From an uncultured Rhodospirillaceae bacterium (lineage in GTDB: Bacteria; Pseudomonadota; Alphaproteobacteria; CAAGCB01; CAG-977), in contig URSF01000001.1 in the NCBI GenBank assembly GCA_900550445.1, positions 223 through 64,222 on the forward strand: 64,000 nt of DNA. Direction: 5' to 3'. This document shows, piece after piece, positions 60,149 through 64,000 of this stretch. Numbering within the stretch: position 1 is the stretch's first letter; every line of letters begins with the position of its first letter. The translations under genes were made by a program, and so were the position numbers. The notes below the pieces were generated by a model. The model was not told the DNA's origin, searched no databases, and was given only the letters and a program-made list of their open reading frames with translations.

Positions 60149-60682
60149 ATGAATTATCTCGCGGCGACTGTATTAACGGTTTTTGCTTTTCCCTGTCTGG
60201 CAGCGGCCCTGACGGAGCAGTTTTCTTTAATGGATATCAACAAGGACGGTTTTTTATCTGAAACGGAGTTTGTAAACGGTATGCGCGCCATGTCAGAAAC
60301 GGAAAATGTTTCTGCCGTGGCGGGACAGACCACCTCTGATGAGGAAAAGAAAAAAATTATTGATGAGGCGATTTCCCAGTCTAAAAACAATCTGCCGTAT
60401 AAAATAGACGACGCAACGGTATGGACGGACGTCTATGCCGAAAATAACGAAATCCATTATGTGTACAAGGTAGAAATGGATATCAGCACTTTGGCGCCGG
60501 AACAGGTCACAACTTTGAAACCCGTTTTGCAAAAACAGATTTGTTCTACGGTCGTACCGTCCATGTGCGGCGTGGTAAAGGATATCCTGTTGAAAAAAGG
60601 AATTCCGCTGGTAACCCATTATAACGATAAAACCGGCGCGGAACTGGTATCCTGCCGGCTTACCGAAGCGGATTGTCCGTAG
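60149..60682 (+). CDS. secreted EF-hand-containing hypothetical protein
   Basis: The ATG at 60149 has SD aggaaagg upstream. Signal peptide MNYLAATVLTVFAFPCLAA. Canonical EF-hand loop DINKDGFLSETE. The remainder is unassigned and contains four Cys. Confidence 0.55.
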   Translation: MNYLAATVLTVFAFPCLAAALTEQFSLMDINKDGFLSETEFVNGMRAMSETENVSAVAGQTTSDEEKKKIIDEAISQSKNNLPYKIDDATVWTDVYAENNEIHYVYKVEMDISTLAPEQVTTLKPVLQKQICSTVVPSMCGVVKDILLKKGIPLVTHYNDKTGAELVSCRLTEADCP

Positions 60683-60685
60683 CCG

Positions 60686-61684
60686 TTATCCGACTTTTTT
60701 AGCGACAAGCTCGCTTAACGACGTTTCAGGCCTGGCCCCGTAATGGGAAATGATTTCCGCGGCGGCCAGCGCCCCCATTTGCAGACATTCCGAAATCGGC
60801 CTGTCCTGCGCCAGCCCCGTTAAAAATCCGGCGGCGAACAAATCGCCCGCACCGGTCGTGTCGATAACGCGGTTGATCGGTTCGGCGGGAATTTCATAAC
60901 GCGTTTTGCCGCAGATGGCGACCGCCCCTTTCGCGCCGCGCGTCACAACGACGATTTCGCATAAATCCTGACATTTTTCAAATGCCGTTTCCGGATCGTC
61001 CGCATTAAACAGCGCTTTGATTTCGTCTTCGTTGCAAAACAGGATATCAATCCCGTTTTTAATCAGCTGCAAAAAACTGTCCCTGTGGCGGTTGACGCAG
61101 AACGGATCCGACAGGGACAAAGAAACTTTACGGTTATGTTTGTGCGCCAGCTCAACGGCGTATGACAAGGCGTCTTTGGCTTCCGGCCGGTCCCACAGAT
61201 AGCCTTCCATGTAAACGATTTTTGTCTGCCGGATCAGTTCTTCGTCAATATCTTTGCGCGATAGTTTTGAACAAGCCCCCAGATAAGTATTCATCGTTCT
61301 TTGAGCGTCCGGACTGACGATCACCATACAGCGTGCGGTCGGGCGTTCGTTTTCCAGACACGGAGTCGTAAAATGAACGCCGGATCTGGTAATATCCTGA
61401 CGGAAAACCTCGCCCAGCTTGTCATCGGCGACTTTGCCGATAAAAGCGGGCTTTCCGCCCAGCGCCGCAATGCCGACAGCCGTATTGGCCGCCGATCCGC
61501 CGGAACATTCAACGCCGTTTTTGGCAATATGTCCGTAAATTTGTTCGGCCAAAGAAGCGTCAATCAACGTCATCATGCCTTTGGGCATATTATGCTGCGT
61601 TAAAAATTCGTCGTCCATATTGGCCAGCACGTCAACCATGGCATTGCCGATTGCCACAACGTCAAAACGTGTCAGAGCGTTCAT
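60686..61684 (-). CDS. PfkB-family carbohydrate/adenosine kinase
   Basis: FDVVAIGNAMVDVL start and a C-terminal DTTGAGDLFAAGF motif. Overall pattern matches the alphaproteobacterial adenosine-kinase-like subgroup. Confidence 0.8.
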   Translation of the reverse strand: MNALTRFDVVAIGNAMVDVLANMDDEFLTQHNMPKGMMTLIDASLAEQIYGHIAKNGVECSGGSAANTAVGIAALGGKPAFIGKVADDKLGEVFRQDITRSGVHFTTPCLENERPTARCMVIVSPDAQRTMNTYLGACSKLSRKDIDEELIRQTKIVYMEGYLWDRPEAKDALSYAVELAHKHNRKVSLSLSDPFCVNRHRDSFLQLIKNGIDILFCNEDEIKALFNADDPETAFEKCQDLCEIVVVTRGAKGAVAICGKTRYEIPAEPINRVIDTTGAGDLFAAGFLTGLAQDRPISECLQMGALAAAEIISHYGARPETSLSELVAKKVG

Positions 61685-61789
61685 ATAAAACCTCCGTATG
61701 GGGTTAAAGATAACGACAGTATAAAAAAACTTACAATTCAAGCAAGACTCTGCTACAAAAATAAGGAATTTCTTTCGGAGTAAAAAGAG

Positions 61790-62470
61790 ATGCTGATTGA
61801 ATTAAGAAATGCTGTCAAAGATGTTTTTTCAAAACAAATCAGAGGGTTAGTCTGGCTTACCGCCTTGACGACTCTGCTTGTTTTTATTGTTCTTTTTTGT
61901 TTGTTTGTTTTCGGTATGTCTTTTTTTGAGCTGGCGGACAGTCCAAAGCTGGAAAAAACGGTGGAAGTCCTTGGTTATATTCTGTTTTTTATCATGTCGC
62001 TGATGCTTTTTCCCGCCGTGGCGGCGTTCGTGTCGGGTTTTTTTATCGATTCGGTTGTCGATCGGACGGCGAAAAAAAACAATATTTCCGGTTTAAGAAA
62101 CGTTCCTTTGTCCGAAAGCGTTGTTTTATCGGGAGTCGTCGCCTTGAAAGGAGTCGTTTTATCCGCCGCATTAATCCCCGTTACTTTGATGTTGGGACTG
62201 ATTCCTTTTGTCAATCTGGTGCCGATTGTTCTATATTATGGATTAAACGGTCGTCTTTTGGCCAGAGAGTATTTCTTTGCCGTGGCTTTGCGCTATATGC
62301 CGAAGGATAAAGCTGACGAAGTTTTTGACCGTGATTTCGGGTATTGGATCAAAAGCGGCATTATTATTGCCATTTTAATGACAATTCCCGTCATCAACAT
62401 TATTTCTCCGCTGATTGCGATGGCGTTTATGCAGCGGCTGTTTTTAAAAAAACAACAGGAACAAAGATGA
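61790..62470 (+). CDS. EI24/CysZ-like membrane protein
   Basis: 226 aa with about 4-5 TM helices and CysZ/EI24-type topology and motifs (weak, judged by eye). Confidence 0.6.
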   Translation: MLIELRNAVKDVFSKQIRGLVWLTALTTLLVFIVLFCLFVFGMSFFELADSPKLEKTVEVLGYILFFIMSLMLFPAVAAFVSGFFIDSVVDRTAKKNNISGLRNVPLSESVVLSGVVALKGVVLSAALIPVTLMLGLIPFVNLVPIVLYYGLNGRLLAREYFFAVALRYMPKDKADEVFDRDFGYWIKSGIIIAILMTIPVINIISPLIAMAFMQRLFLKKQQEQR

Positions 62471-62850
62471 AAAAAGCTGTTTTGATTTTTGCGTTTTGTT
62501 TTCTGGCCGGGTGTGCCCGTGTTCCCAAAGAACTGCCGGTCGTCGCCGCGCCCGACGAGGCGGAGGTGTCTGTCGACGGTTCCCGAACCGCCGTCGGATC
62601 CGGACGCAAAGATCCGCTGTTGAAGGCGGATTATGTGCTGCGGGTTTTGGGCGAACCGACGGTAAAACGCCGCGAAACCCCCTCTGAAGTCTGGGTGTAC
62701 GCTCAATCGGGCTGCGTTCTGTTTATTTACATGAACGAACAGGACGACGGGTCGTCTTTGGTTCGGCATATGGAAATCGGAACGCCGACGTTTCGGGCGA
62801 CGCGGAAAGATTCTCTGTCATGTTTGAAAACGGCGGCGAAGTTAAGATGA
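62467..62850 (+). CDS. small lipoprotein, hypothetical
   Basis: The ATG at 62467 overlaps the previous stop (ATGA). Lipobox FCFLAGC. Confidence 0.55.
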   Translation: MKKAVLIFAFCFLAGCARVPKELPVVAAPDEAEVSVDGSRTAVGSGRKDPLLKADYVLRVLGEPTVKRRETPSEVWVYAQSGCVLFIYMNEQDDGSSLVRHMEIGTPTFRATRKDSLSCLKTAAKLR

Positions 62851-63380
62851 TTGAAACGATCCTGCGGGCGGATAAAGCTTTTCTGGATTATATTCAGACT
62901 CTGCGCACAGACATGCTGGACACGCTGATGACAGCGGTAACTTTTCTGGGCGATGCGGGGATTTTCTGGATTGCGTGGGCCGGTGTTTTATGCTGCTTTT
63001 CAAAAACCAGAAAAACGGGATTCTTAATGATGGCGGCACTGGCCGTAACGTTCGTTATCAGTACGCTGGGATTAAAGAATTTATTTGAACGTCTGCGTCC
63101 GTGCGTTCAGTTCCCGAAAGATTTGTTTTATGCCTGTCCGTCCGGTTTTTCTTTTCCGTCCGGACATTCCGTTTCATCGTTCGCCGCGGCGGGCGTGCTG
63201 TTTTTCAGACATGAAAAAGGCAGAACGGCCGCGTTGATTCTGGCGTTTTTCATCGCTTTTTCCAGAATGTATCTGTATGTTCATTTTCCGTCGGACGTTT
63301 TAACGGGCAGTCTTTTAGGCATTGCCGCGGCTTATCTGGTTGTCATGTACGACGGAATAAAGAAAAAGGCAGAGCCGTAA
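62847..63380 (+). CDS. PAP2-family phosphatase (undecaprenyl-diphosphatase/PgpB-like)
   Basis: PAP2 motifs KNLFERLRP, PSGHS and SRMYLYVHFPSDV. The ATG at 62847 overlaps the previous stop (ATGA). Confidence 0.8.
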   Translation: MIETILRADKAFLDYIQTLRTDMLDTLMTAVTFLGDAGIFWIAWAGVLCCFSKTRKTGFLMMAALAVTFVISTLGLKNLFERLRPCVQFPKDLFYACPSGFSFPSGHSVSSFAAAGVLFFRHEKGRTAALILAFFIAFSRMYLYVHFPSDVLTGSLLGIAAAYLVVMYDGIKKKAEP

Positions 63381-63401
63381 CTCTGCCTTTAAAAGTTTTT
63401 T
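63364..63401. terminator. bidirectional rho-independent terminator
   Basis: 9-bp stem aaggcagag / ctctgcctt spanning the PAP2 stop, with T-runs on both strands. Confidence 0.6.
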
Positions 63402-63719
63402 TTAAGCCATTTGTTCGTTAATCCAGGCGGCCAGCTTTGATTTTGTCATGGCGCCCGAATGTGTGGCGACGGCCTGACCGTTTTTAAACATGATCAGTGT
63501 CGGAATGCCGCGGACGCCGAAATTTGTCGGCGTTTCGGGCGAATCGTCAATATTCATTTTGACAACTTTCAGCTTGTCGCCCATTTCTGTTGCGACTTCT
63601 TCCAAAACGGGGCTCAGCTGGCGGCACGGAGAACACCATTCGGCAAAGAAATCAACCAGGACAGGAACGTCCGAATTTTTGATTTCATTTGCAAATTCAT
63701 TGTCTTTAATTACTTTCAT
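63402..63719 (-). CDS. trxA: thioredoxin
   Basis: VLVDFFAEWCSPCRQL (WCxPC active site). 105 aa from the ATG at 63719. Confidence 0.93.
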   Translation of the reverse strand: MKVIKDNEFANEIKNSDVPVLVDFFAEWCSPCRQLSPVLEEVATEMGDKLKVVKMNIDDSPETPTNFGVRGIPTLIMFKNGQAVATHSGAMTKSKLAAWINEQMA

Positions 63720-63778
63720 GTTGTTTTCCTTTCTATAAGAGAACTGTACTGCCTTTATAAGAGGCTTTGAAATAACGG

Positions 63779-64000
63779 TCAATACTCCATTGTATCACAA
63801 ACAAGGGAAGTGATCTCGGTTAATTTCGGCGCTTCTGTCCACAACAGGAAACATCTGATGTTTTTGTCGGGATAGATTTTTTCGATCAAAGCCTTATAAG
63901 CCGCCATCTGCCGGATATAGGCCTGCGGCGTTTCCCGGATATCGCGCGGAATGACGCGCCCGGATTTGTAATCAATCAGACGCACTTCGTTTTCCGATAC
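63779..64000 (-). CDS. addA: double-strand break repair helicase AddA, C-terminal fragment (runs off the window)
   Basis: RecB-type nuclease motif LIDYKSG followed by Y..QMAAYKALIEKIYP. The frame stays open to the window edge. addA-trxA adjacency is typical of alphaproteobacteria. Confidence 0.65.
   Translation of the reverse strand, partial: VSENEVRLIDYKSGRVIPRDIRETPQAYIRQMAAYKALIEKIYPDKNIRCFLLWTEAPKLTEITSLVCDTMEY

Overview
This 64-kb window reads as core chromosome of an alphaproteobacterium. The call rests on alpha-type synteny blocks: addA-trxA; mutS-glnD-murJ; gpmI-envC-ctpA-yibQ-rppH; rplU-rpmA-obg-proB-proA-nadD-rsfS-rlmH; tsaD divergent from a Mic60-like/HemY-like pair; and divergent znuA | znuCB. 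I count about 62 credible protein genes. They are tightly packed, with many ATGA/TAATG start-stop overlaps, and are mostly on the minus strand up to about 37 kb. There are three canonical tRNAs (Met-CAU, Gly-GCC, Arg-ACG) with near-consensus promoters and hairpin terminators, one atypical tRNA-Asp-like gene, and one pseudogene (FGE-sulfatase/SUMF1 family) carrying three in-frame stops. I saw no rRNA, CRISPR array, transposase, integrase or phage gene. Missing partner genes (hemC/hemD, pil genes, a radical-SAM partner), the pseudogene and an AT-rich islet at the left edge hint at a host-associated, mildly eroding genome. That last point is inference. The best candidates for something undescribed are: (1) a four-gene cassette upstream of rplU, made of a coiled-coil lipoprotein, two tandem degenerate EAL-like paralogues and a GYF-AIM24 fusion; (2) a MEMO-AMMECR1 fusion with an apparent signal peptide directly after znuA; (3) a tRNA-Asp(GUC)-like gene with a non-canonical T arm that still has its own promoter and terminator; (4) tRNA 3-prime-derived fragments next to two tRNA genes; (5) an orphan PilT-like ATPase; (6) a transporter-crcB-kinase-HAD operon. 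All functional calls come from reading motifs in the translated ORFs. No database search was run.
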